NCBI GenBank assembly: GCA_031431095.1
Contig: JANPCT010000305.1
Coordinates: 1 to 24,956 of the forward strand
DNA length: 24,956 bases
Source of the DNA: Acidobacteriota bacterium
GTDB lineage: Bacteria; Acidobacteriota; Vicinamibacteria; Vicinamibacterales; 2-12-FULL-66-21
Direction: 5' to 3'
Positions within the stretch are counted from its first letter, which is position 1. Every line of letters starts with the position of its first letter. The position numbers were made by a program, and so were the translations under genes. The notes beneath the pieces were generated by a model that ran no database searches, was not told the origin of the DNA, and worked only from the letters and a program-made list of their open reading frames with translations. Below are positions 14,568 to 22,637 of this stretch, piece by piece.

Positions 14568-15350
14568 TTAGGAGGTCACGTTGACGGCGGCGCGGAGAGG
14601 GCCCGGTCCTTCATCCGCGGCGTAGTAGACGCCTTCCAGGAAGAGCCCCGACGCCGGGGCGGTGAGCGTGGCGGGGAGGTCGGACTGTTCTTCGAGGAAG
14701 CGGCCGGCCTGCGCGGCGCTGAGCTCACCGCGTCCGACCGCAGCGAGGACCCCGACAATCCGCCGGACCATGCGCCACAGGAAATGTGAGCCGACGATGC
14801 GGACCAGGATGAGGTCGCCGTCTTCGACGACATCGAGCCGATCGACGAGGACGCGCGTCGACTTCTCGCCCGGTTCATCCGCGGTGAACGACGCGAAGTT
14901 CTGCATGCCGACGAACGGCCGCGCCGCGTCGCGCATGCGAGCGGGATCGAGCGGCTCCTTGATCCACCAGACGTACGGCTTGAAGAAGGCCGTCTTGCGC
15001 CTGGAGATTTGATACAGGTAGCTGCGCAACAGTGCATCGTGACGGGCGTGAAAGCGATGCGGCGCCTTGTCGATGCGCCGCACGTAGATGTCGGACGGGA
15101 GCCCGTCGTTGATGCGGTGACGCAGCGTCTGCGCCGGCAGGTCCGTGTAGACGTCGAGGTGGGCGACCTGGGCGAGCGCATGCACGCCGGCATCGGTGCG
15201 GCCGGCGCCGTACAGCTCGAACTCGTCGCGGCGCGTAGCCTCGTGGACGGCGCGCTCGATCTCTCCTGCCACCGTTCGTGCGTTCTTCTGGATCTGCCAG
15301 CCGCTGTAACGGGTGCCGGTGTATTCGATGAGAAGCTTGAACCGGGGCAC
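14568..15350 (-). CDS. truA: tRNA pseudouridine(38-40) synthase
   Basis: IEYTGTRYSGWQIQ, GRTDAGVHA (catalytic Asp), FHARHDA..RSY.Y, FLWRMVRRIVG and TAPASGLFL. The GTG start overlaps the upstream TAG by 1 nt. Confidence 0.95.
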   Translation of the reverse strand: MPRFKLLIEYTGTRYSGWQIQKNARTVAGEIERAVHEATRRDEFELYGAGRTDAGVHALAQVAHLDVYTDLPAQTLRHRINDGLPSDIYVRRIDKAPHRFHARHDALLRSYLYQISRRKTAFFKPYVWWIKEPLDPARMRDAARPFVGMQNFASFTADEPGEKSTRVLVDRLDVVEDGDLILVRIVGSHFLWRMVRRIVGVLAAVGRGELSAAQAGRFLEEQSDLPATLTAPASGLFLEGVYYAADEGPGPLRAAVNVTS

Positions 15351-16300
15351 TACATTACCAAGGCGATCGCCCGGCTGGCGATAGCGGTGTCCTGGAAGCC
15401 GACGCCGGTGAGATCCGCGATCGTAATCTGCGACGGGGAGGTGCGGCCGGACTTGAGGCCGGCAACGACTTCGCCAAGTTCAGCGTGCACCGGATGGGCG
15501 TGGAGCAGGCCCGATTCGAGCGCATGACGGAGCTCCCCGAAGGTGGCGCATTGCGTCAGACGATCGACGACCAGCAGGTCGGCGCGCGCGAGACACGCGA
15601 CGTCGAGCTCCTGCTTTCCCGGTGAGTCGGAGCCGAGCGCCGTGATGTGCTGCCCCGGGCGGAGCCACTCCGCCTGCACGAGCGGCGCGCGTGCCGGGGT
15701 GGCGGTGATGAGCACGTCAGCGTCACGGCATACGGCTTCCGGGGTCGGGGCCGCATAAGCATCGAGCCCATCGTCGCGCATTTCGCGCACGTAGGCGTCG
15801 AGCCGCGATCGATCCCGGCTCCAGGCCGCGAGCCGGGTCACCTGCCGCACGCAGCGCAGGCAGCGCACCTGGTGGCGTGCCTGCACCCCAGAGCCGAGCA
15901 CACCAACGGTCACCGCTGCCGGCAGGGCGAGTGCCTCGGCAGCAACCGCGCCGGCCGCGCCGGTGCGAATGTCGGTGAGGAAGCCGTTGTCGAGCAGCAG
16001 CGCCACCGGCAGCCCGGTGCTGGCGTCGAAGACGGCCATCATCCCGGATCCCGTAGGGAGACCCCGGGCCGGATTGTCGTAGAAGCCGCTCGCGATCTTG
16101 ACGGCAACGTGCGGCACGCCGTCGATGAGCGCGGTTTTGACGTGGAATTCGCCGCGCCGTGCCGGCACTTCGAGATTGATAACCGCCGGGACATGGGCGC
16201 GCCCCTCGCCGTCGGCGCGGAACGCCTCGCGGATCGCATCCACCGCAACCGGCGGCGTGATCACCGCGCGCAGCGCGGCTTCTTCGATGATCGGAATCAT
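15350..16300 (-). CDS. Ornithine cyclodeaminase / mu-crystallin family protein
   Basis: HVK, LTDIRTGAAG, GVLGSGVQA (Rossmann), ITATPAR, GQHITALGSD..GKQEL and DLTGVGFQD. Confidence 0.9.
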   Translation of the reverse strand: MIPIIEEAALRAVITPPVAVDAIREAFRADGEGRAHVPAVINLEVPARRGEFHVKTALIDGVPHVAVKIASGFYDNPARGLPTGSGMMAVFDASTGLPVALLLDNGFLTDIRTGAAGAVAAEALALPAAVTVGVLGSGVQARHQVRCLRCVRQVTRLAAWSRDRSRLDAYVREMRDDGLDAYAAPTPEAVCRDADVLITATPARAPLVQAEWLRPGQHITALGSDSPGKQELDVACLARADLLVVDRLTQCATFGELRHALESGLLHAHPVHAELGEVVAGLKSGRTSPSQITIADLTGVGFQDTAIASRAIALVM

Positions 16301-16318
16301 GTCGCGGCCGCAGCCATC

Positions 16319-16708
16319 CTACGGGATGTAGGCGACCGCGTCGATTTCGACGAGCAGCCCCGGGCCCGGCAGCCCCGAAACCTCCACTGTCGTCCGCGCC
16401 GGCCGGTGCGATCCGAATGCGCGGGCGTAGACCTCGTTCATCTTCGGGAACTCGCGCATGTCAACGAGGAAGACGCCGCAGCGGATCACGTGCTGCAGGC
16501 TCGATCCAGCCGCTTCGAGGATCGTCGCGATGTTCCTCATCACCTGCTCGGTCTGCGCCGTCACGTCGGGCCCGAGTCCACCCGTGACGGGATCCCGCCC
16601 GGCCTGGCCGGAGACGAACACCATCTTTCCAAAGATCATTCCTGGCGAATAGGGACCCACCGGCGTGGGGAGGTTGGCGCTGGTGACCGGCTGCAGTGTT
16701 TCTGACAT
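16319..16708 (-). CDS. Rid family (RidA/YjgF/UK114) enamine/imine deaminase
   Basis: PVGPYSPG, VFVSGQ, MN.VY, RPARTTVEV (catalytic Arg) and LVEIDAVA. Confidence 0.92.
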   Translation of the reverse strand: MSETLQPVTSANLPTPVGPYSPGMIFGKMVFVSGQAGRDPVTGGLGPDVTAQTEQVMRNIATILEAAGSSLQHVIRCGVFLVDMREFPKMNEVYARAFGSHRPARTTVEVSGLPGPGLLVEIDAVAYIP

Positions 16709-16714
16709 CCGGTC

Positions 16715-16720
16715 ATCCTA
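16715..16720 (-). promoter_or_regulatory. -10 element TAGGAT 6 nt before Rid start (probable leaderless promoter)
   Basis: Minus strand reads TAGGAT-GACCGG-ATG with no separate SD. Confidence 0.45.
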
Positions 16721-16820
16721 ACTTATGCGGCCGCGAATCTCGTGTCGCGACGACGATCGCGGGCGCGCGCACGAACGGGAGCGTCGCTGCGCGTCGCGTC
16801 AATGGAGACTCGAACTGCGT

Positions 16821-16826
16821 TAGAGT
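16821..16826 (+). promoter_or_regulatory. -10 element TAGAGT 6 nt before M16 peptidase start (probable leaderless promoter)
   Basis: TAGAGT-CTGCTG-ATG with no SD at the normal spacing. Confidence 0.45.
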
Positions 16827-16832
16827 CTGCTG

Positions 16833-19685
16833 ATGAACTCGCCGCTGCGCCGCCTGCTGTTCGTCACCACACTCGTCACGCTCGCATCGCTTCCGCTGGC
16901 GGCCCGGCAGGCGGCAGCACCGGCTCCCGCGGCGCCAGCGCAAGCGGTCAACCTGCAGCAGGCGCTGCCGTTCGATGCGGCCGTCAAGACCGGCACGCTG
17001 GCCAACGGCTTGAAGTATTACGTCCGCCAGAACAGCCGTCCCGCCAACCGGTTGGTGTTGCGGCTCGCGGTCAAGACCGGGTCGCTCGACGAAGCCGACG
17101 ATCAGCAGGGACTCGCGCACGTGCTCGAGCACATGGCGTTCAACGGCAGCGCCCACTTCAAGCCGGGCGAGCTGGTCTCGTACTTCGAGTCGATCGGCGC
17201 GAGGCTCGGGCCGCACCTCAACGCGCAAACCGGCTTCGAAGACACGATCTACATGCTCGACCTGCCGACCGACAAGCCCGCCATCGTCGAAAAGGGACTG
17301 ACGGCGTTCGCGGATTTCGCCGGCGGGTTGACACTCGATCCCAAAGAGATCGACAAGGAGCGTGGCGTCGTCATCGAGGAATGGCGCGGCGGCCTCGGCG
17401 CCGGCTCGCGCATTCGCGACAAGCAGATCCCCGTCCTCTTCTATCAGTCGCGCTACGCGGACCGCCTGCCGATCGGCAAGCCCGAAGTGCTGAAAACATT
17501 CCCGCCGGCCCGGCTGCGCGCTTTCTACGACGCCTACTATCGCCCCTCGAACATGGCGGTGGTGCTCGTCGGCGACATGGACGCGCAAAAGCTCGAGGAC
17601 ATGGCGAAGGCGACGTTCGGCGGCCTGGCGCCACGCGGTGCGGCGCCGGCGCCGCGCAAGGTGACCGTACCGCTGCACAAGGAAACGCTGGTCAGCGTCG
17701 TCACCGATTCGGAGATCACGCAATCGTCGGTGTCGCTGATCAGCAAGCGCGAGCGCGGCTCGTCGGACAAGGTCGGCGACTACCGCCGCAGCCTGGTGCA
17801 GCGCTTCTTCGAGCAGATGCTGAACGATCGGCTCGACGAATTGTCGCGGCGTGCCGACGCCAGGTTCCTCGGCGCCGGCATCGGCGGCGGCGGCTTGAGC
17901 CCCGACGTCGAGACGGTGTCGCTCGGCGCCACCGTTCAGAGCGGGGGCATCACCGAAGGCCTGGCGTCGGTCGCGCTCGAGGCCAAGCGCGCGCGCGAGT
18001 TCGGTTTCAGCGCCGCGGAACTGGATCGCGCCAAGAAGTGGATGGCGGCGTTCTACGAGCGCGCCTACACCGAGCGCGAGAAGACGGAGAGCGGATCGTT
18101 CGCCCAGGAATACCTGAATCACTTCCTCGAAGGGGAGCCCAGCCCCGGGATTGCCTATGAGTACAACCTGGTGCGGCAGATGCTGCCCGGGATCACGATC
18201 GAGGAAGTGACGGCGCTCGGCAAGACCCTCCTCGCCAACGACAGCCGCGTCATCCTGGCGACCTCGCCGCAGAAAGCCGACATCAGGGTTCCGACGGCCG
18301 ACGAGCTCAAGGCGGCGCTCACCACGGTCGAGTCCACGACGGTGACGGCGTGGAAGGAGACGACCTCCACACGGGAGCTGATCGAGCGGAAGCCGGTGGC
18401 GGCCGCCATCACCGCCACCCGCAAGGTCGACGAAGTCGGGCTGACCGTCGTGAAGTTCGCCAACGGCGTCGAAGCCTGGCTGAAGCCGACGGACTTCAAG
18501 AACGATCAGATCGTGTTCGCCCTCCAGGCGAAGGGGGGGACGTCGCTGGCTCCCCCTGCCGAGTACTTCGATGCGTCGCTGGCCAGCGCCTACGTCAATC
18601 TCTCGGGCGCCGCGGGGCTCAAGGCGCTCGACATGCAGAAGCTGCTCGCCGGAAGGATCGCCGCCGCGACGCCGTTTGCGTCACTCTCGACGCACGGCTT
18701 CAACGGGTCCGCGGCCCCGGCGCAGCTCGAGACCGCGCTGCAGCTCCTCTACGCCCGGTTCACCCAGCCGGGCGACGATCCTGAAGCCTTCGACCTGCTC
18801 AAGCGGCAGCTCAATTCGTTCGTGGCGAATCGCCTCGACAATCCTGAAACGGTCTACGGCGACACACTCGAGGCAGTCAACACCTCGAAGCATTACACGT
18901 CGACGCCGCCGACCGTGGAGCGCGTCAACGCGCTCGATCGCGCGAAGATGATGAACTTCTACCGCCAGCGTTTCTCGAGCGCCGCCGATTTCACCTTCTT
19001 CATGGTCGGCGCCTTCAGAATCGAGGACGCGCTGCCGCTGCTGGCGCAATACGTCGGCGGCCTGCCGTCAACCGGCACGGCGTCGTCCGATTTCAAGGAC
19101 CTCGGAATCATGTTTCCCGCGGCGACCGAGCGCGCAAGAGTGGAGAAGGGGCGCGAGCCGAAAAGCGAAACGGTAATCAGCTATTTCGCCGACCCGCCCG
19201 GGAGTGACGCGATGGAGCAGGAGCGCGCGCTCGCCGCCACCGACGTGCTCGAAATCGCCCTGCGCGACATCCTGCGCGAGGAGTTGGGACAGACCTATAC
19301 CGTGTCGGTGGACCTGTCGCAGGGCCTGCCGCAGCGCGGCGGCGGCCACGTCGAGGTGAGCTTCAGCGCTGCGCCCGAGAACATCGAGAAGATGGGCGCG
19401 CGCGTGATGCAGGAAATTCAGCGGCTGCAGAAGGAAGGTCCGACCGAGGATCTGGTGAACCGCGCCAAGGAAACCGCGCGCCGCAACTACGAAACGCAGC
19501 TGCGGCAGAACGACTACTGGCTCCGCCGCTTCCAGGCCGTACAGTTGTGGGGGCAGGAGCCCGGCATCATCGCGCACCGCCTCGACCGCATCAATGCCGT
19601 CACGCCGGCCTCGGTGCAGGAGGCCTTCAAGAAGTACTTCCCTGCCGATCGCATGACCGTCGTCACGCTCGTGCCGGCGAAGTAG
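16833..19685 (+). CDS. M16 family zinc metallopeptidase (PqqL-like, exported)
   Basis: Signal peptide. Inverted zincin HVLEH, GLAHVLEHMAFNG, NAQT.FE.T.Y and ERGVVIEEWR. Two-halved 950-aa architecture (LANGL.. and FANGV..). Confidence 0.92.
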   Translation: MNSPLRRLLFVTTLVTLASLPLAARQAAAPAPAAPAQAVNLQQALPFDAAVKTGTLANGLKYYVRQNSRPANRLVLRLAVKTGSLDEADDQQGLAHVLEHMAFNGSAHFKPGELVSYFESIGARLGPHLNAQTGFEDTIYMLDLPTDKPAIVEKGLTAFADFAGGLTLDPKEIDKERGVVIEEWRGGLGAGSRIRDKQIPVLFYQSRYADRLPIGKPEVLKTFPPARLRAFYDAYYRPSNMAVVLVGDMDAQKLEDMAKATFGGLAPRGAAPAPRKVTVPLHKETLVSVVTDSEITQSSVSLISKRERGSSDKVGDYRRSLVQRFFEQMLNDRLDELSRRADARFLGAGIGGGGLSPDVETVSLGATVQSGGITEGLASVALEAKRAREFGFSAAELDRAKKWMAAFYERAYTEREKTESGSFAQEYLNHFLEGEPSPGIAYEYNLVRQMLPGITIEEVTALGKTLLANDSRVILATSPQKADIRVPTADELKAALTTVESTTVTAWKETTSTRELIERKPVAAAITATRKVDEVGLTVVKFANGVEAWLKPTDFKNDQIVFALQAKGGTSLAPPAEYFDASLASAYVNLSGAAGLKALDMQKLLAGRIAAATPFASLSTHGFNGSAAPAQLETALQLLYARFTQPGDDPEAFDLLKRQLNSFVANRLDNPETVYGDTLEAVNTSKHYTSTPPTVERVNALDRAKMMNFYRQRFSSAADFTFFMVGAFRIEDALPLLAQYVGGLPSTGTASSDFKDLGIMFPAATERARVEKGREPKSETVISYFADPPGSDAMEQERALAATDVLEIALRDILREELGQTYTVSVDLSQGLPQRGGGHVEVSFSAAPENIEKMGARVMQEIQRLQKEGPTEDLVNRAKETARRNYETQLRQNDYWLRRFQAVQLWGQEPGIIAHRLDRINAVTPASVQEAFKKYFPADRMTVVTLVPAK

Positions 19686-19688
19686 GAA

Positions 19689-19799
19689 CTACGGCTCGTA
19701 ATGACGCATCACGAGCTCGACGATCACGACCGCCGCGAGCACCGATGCCACAAACGCGGCGGCGAGCCACAGCATCATCTTCTTGTAATAGGGATCCAC
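19689..19799 (-). CDS. Small single-pass membrane protein, 36 aa (MDPYYKKMMLWLAAAFVASVLAAVVIVELVMRHYEP), absent from the ORF track
   Basis: GTG at 19799 and TAG at 19689-19691. The ORF fills the intergenic gap. A KK precedes a ~22-residue hydrophobic stretch, third codon positions are GC-rich, and TATAAT lies at 19819-19814. Confidence 0.6.
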   Translation of the reverse strand: MDPYYKKMMLWLAAAFVASVLAAVVIVELVMRHYEP

Positions 19800-19836
19800 G
19801 GGGTGCCGCGCGAATTATAGGGGATAATCCCCGCGC

Positions 19837-21279
19837 ATGAATGCGATCGACTACGCCGTCGTCGCCGCCTACCTCGTCGGGATTACGATCTTCGGGTCCT
19901 ATTTCGCCAGGTTCCAGAAGAACACCAGGAACTATTTTCTGACCGACAACTCGATTCCCTGGTGGGCGATTTGCTTCACGATCGTCGCCACGGAAACGAG
20001 CACCCTGACTTTCATCGGCGTGCCGGCCTCGGCCTACGCCGGCAACTGGACGTTTCTGCAACTGGCGGCCGGCTACGTCATCGGCCGCATCATCGTCAGC
20101 ATCGTTTTCCTGCCGAAGTATTTCGGCGGCGCCCTCGTCACGTCGTATCAACTGCTGCGGCAGCGGTTCGGCACGTCAGTGAGCACCGTGGCGGCGGCGC
20201 TGTTCCTCGTCACCCGGTCGCTGGCGGATGGCATCCGGCTGTTCGCGACCGCCCTCGTCATTTCGATCGTCACCGGCGTGCCGGTCCCGTGGACGGTCTG
20301 CGTCCTTGGCGCGGCAATGATTGTCTACACGGTGCGCGGCGGGTCGGCCGCGGTGATCTGGACCGACGTCGTGCAGATGTTCATCTACATCGCCGGCGCG
20401 CTGGTCGTCTTCTTCGCGCTGCTCAACCAGATTCCGGGCGGCTGGAGCGAGGTCGTGCGTGCCGGCATGGCCGCGGGCAAGTTCACGGTGCTGGACTTCT
20501 CGCTCGACCCGGCCAGGATCTATACGTTCTGGGCGGGACTCGCCGGCGGCATCGCGCTGACTCTCGCCACTCATGGGACGGATCAGTTCCTCGTGCAGCG
20601 GCTGCTGTCGGCCGAAACACCCAAAGGCGCCGCCCGCGGCCTGGTGCTGAGCGGATTCATCGTGTTCGCACAGTTCACCCTGTTCCTCCTGATCGGCGCG
20701 ATGCTGTTCGCCTATCACCAGCACTTTCCCTTGACCGTGCCGCTGCCGCGCAACGACGCCATTCTGCCGCGCTTCATCGTCGACCACTTGCCGCATGGAC
20801 TGATCGGCTTCATCATCGCCGCCATCGTCGCGGCGGCGCTCTCGCCGTCGATCAACGCCATGGCCGCGACGACCGTGAACGACTTCTATCTCCGCTATGT
20901 CAAGGTGCGGCCCGACGAGACACGGCTGCTCCAGATCTCCAAGCGGCTGACCATCTTCTGGGGCATCGTCCAGTTGTTCGTGGCGCTCGGGGCGCAGTGG
21001 CTCGACCAGTCCGTCCTCGACGCCGGCTTGTCGGTCCTGTCGCTGACGACGGGACCGGTGCTCGGCGCATTTCTGGTGGGTGTGTTGACGCGGCGGGTGG
21101 GTGCGGCGTCGATGATCGGCGGGATGGCGATAGGCGGCGTCGTGCTCGGCTACACGTGGGGAACCGGCGCAGTCGGATGGACGTGGTTCGCCCTCATCGG
21201 CGCGACGGTCAGCGGCGTCAGCGCGCTGGCGATGAGCTTCGTGTTGCCGGGCGAGGCGGCCCCTGTCGCGGCCCGCTGA
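19837..21279 (+). CDS. Sodium:solute symporter (SSS family)
   Basis: YFL....IPWW, ATETS.LTF.G.P, SYQLL..RFG, GGSAAVIWTDVVQ and GTDQFLVQRLLS, with 12-13 TM segments. Confidence 0.92.
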   Translation: MNAIDYAVVAAYLVGITIFGSYFARFQKNTRNYFLTDNSIPWWAICFTIVATETSTLTFIGVPASAYAGNWTFLQLAAGYVIGRIIVSIVFLPKYFGGALVTSYQLLRQRFGTSVSTVAAALFLVTRSLADGIRLFATALVISIVTGVPVPWTVCVLGAAMIVYTVRGGSAAVIWTDVVQMFIYIAGALVVFFALLNQIPGGWSEVVRAGMAAGKFTVLDFSLDPARIYTFWAGLAGGIALTLATHGTDQFLVQRLLSAETPKGAARGLVLSGFIVFAQFTLFLLIGAMLFAYHQHFPLTVPLPRNDAILPRFIVDHLPHGLIGFIIAAIVAAALSPSINAMAATTVNDFYLRYVKVRPDETRLLQISKRLTIFWGIVQLFVALGAQWLDQSVLDAGLSVLSLTTGPVLGAFLVGVLTRRVGAASMIGGMAIGGVVLGYTWGTGAVGWTWFALIGATVSGVSALAMSFVLPGEAAPVAAR

Positions 21280-21417
21280 TTCGCGCTCAGCGTGGAGGGT
21301 GCTTCAGCGCTTGACGCACGCGTCGATCCACGCGCCGAATGCGTGCAGGAAGGTCCGCAACCGCGTCGATCGGATTCGTGACAGTCGCGGCGGCAATCCC
21401 GTGCAGGGTGAATGATG

Positions 21418-21798
21418 ATGAATGCGCTTCTCGTCGGTGTCGGCGGTGCGGTGGGCTCGGTCGCGCGCCACGGTGTGAGTGTCGCGATAGCGCGGCTGAG
21501 TCCAGCGCGGGTCACGCCGCTGGCGACGATGACGGTGAATCTGGCCGGGTGCCTCGCGGTCGGCATCCTTGCCGGGCTCGTCGCCAGCGAGCGGCTGACA
21601 CTGACGCCAGGCGCGCGCGCCTTTGTGTTCGCGGGCGTGCTGGGCGGATTCACGACGTTCTCGAGTTTCGGGCTCGACACGTTCACGCTGGCGCACGGGG
21701 GACGGCCGGGCGTCGCCGCGCTCAACGCCGCCATACAGGTCGGCGTGGGGTGCGCCCTGGTAGTGGTGGGGTATGCGGTCGCGGCGCGGGTGCGCTAG
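21418..21798 (+). CDS. crcB: Fluoride channel FluC/CrcB
   Basis: GGAVGSVARH, TVNLAGC and GGFTTFSSF signatures with 4 TM segments. The start lies among ATG 21412/21415/21418. Confidence 0.9.
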   Translation: MNALLVGVGGAVGSVARHGVSVAIARLSPARVTPLATMTVNLAGCLAVGILAGLVASERLTLTPGARAFVFAGVLGGFTTFSSFGLDTFTLAHGGRPGVAALNAAIQVGVGCALVVVGYAVAARVR

Positions 21799-22184
21799 CC
21801 GGCGGGGGCCTCGAGCTTCAGCACCTGGCGGATTTCACGCGCCAGTGCGTCGGGGAGAACGGGCTTGGCGAGAAAGCCGTCGGCGCCGGCTTTCCTGGCG
21901 CGCTCGCGGTGCTCGTCGAAGGCGTGCGCGGTCAGCATGATCAGCGGAATGTGGCTGGTCGCGACGTCCTCTTTGAGCAGCCGGAGCGCTTCCCATCCGT
22001 CCATGCGCGGCATCGTCGCGTCCATGAGAATCAGGGCGGGCTTTTCGAGCTTGGTCTGCAGGATGGCGTCGTGGCCATTGACCGCCTCGGCCCAGCGGAA
22101 CCCTTCGTGCTCCAGGTACATGCCGTACATCTCGCGCGCGTCGAGGTTGTCGTCGACTATGAGAATCAGCGGTGGCTGGGTCAT
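21795..22184 (-). CDS. Stand-alone response regulator receiver (CheY-like)
   Basis: ILIVDDN, LILMDATMP (phospho-Asp), MLTA and FLAKP. ATG at 22184, with TACACT 10 nt upstream. Confidence 0.9.
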   Translation of the reverse strand: MTQPPLILIVDDNLDAREMYGMYLEHEGFRWAEAVNGHDAILQTKLEKPALILMDATMPRMDGWEALRLLKEDVATSHIPLIMLTAHAFDEHRERARKAGADGFLAKPVLPDALAREIRQVLKLEAPAG

Positions 22185-22217
22185 GGACGCGGACAGTGTA
22201 CCCACAAAATAGTCCAG

Positions 22218-22637
22218 ATGACAGACCAAGCCTTCGCCCGGGCCGTCGAGTCCGGAAGCGTGACGCCGGCGGAGTTCGGCCACCTTGCCCATGTCCGCGT
22301 CGCCTGGGTCTACCTGCACGAGGCGGCTTCCGTGGAGGACGCGCTGTCGACAATGCGCGCGGCGATCCAGCGGTTCGCCTCAGCCGCAGGCGTGCCGCAG
22401 AAATATCACGAGACGATCACGGTCTTCTGGATGCGCCTGCTTGCCAACGTCAGGGCACTCGGCGCCGCCGGCGAGCTGGCGGAGGTGTTGCGTGAATTTC
22501 CCGCGCTCGCCGACAAGGACCTTCCGCTGCGTTATTACTCCCGCGAACGCCTGTTCAGTGACGAGGCGCGCACCGGCTGGGTGGATCCCGATCGACGGCC
22601 CCACGGCGTGATAGCGTTTCATGACACGGAGGCGTGA
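22218..22637 (+). CDS. Conserved hypothetical protein
   Basis: ATG at 22218. The pattern F.H..H.R.AW.YL...KYHETIT.FW...YYS.E.L.S..AR..WV.PD resembles an uncharacterised family recalled from bacteria and fungi. The stop overlaps the next start (TGATG). Confidence 0.7.
   Translation: MTDQAFARAVESGSVTPAEFGHLAHVRVAWVYLHEAASVEDALSTMRAAIQRFASAAGVPQKYHETITVFWMRLLANVRALGAAGELAEVLREFPALADKDLPLRYYSRERLFSDEARTGWVDPDRRPHGVIAFHDTEA

Noticed and set aside
16713-18122. 469-aa minus-strand ORF and other long antisense ORFs (e.g. 2865-4112, 22619-24115, 5900-7345)
   Set aside because: They are shadow or alternate-frame ORFs of GC-biased genes, have no recognisable motifs, and overlap well-supported CDSs.
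21280-21417. Fluoride riboswitch upstream of crcB
   Set aside because: The conserved GGCGATGG..TTCGCC / TGATGAC.CC pattern is not recognisable. An Infernal RF01734 scan would settle it.
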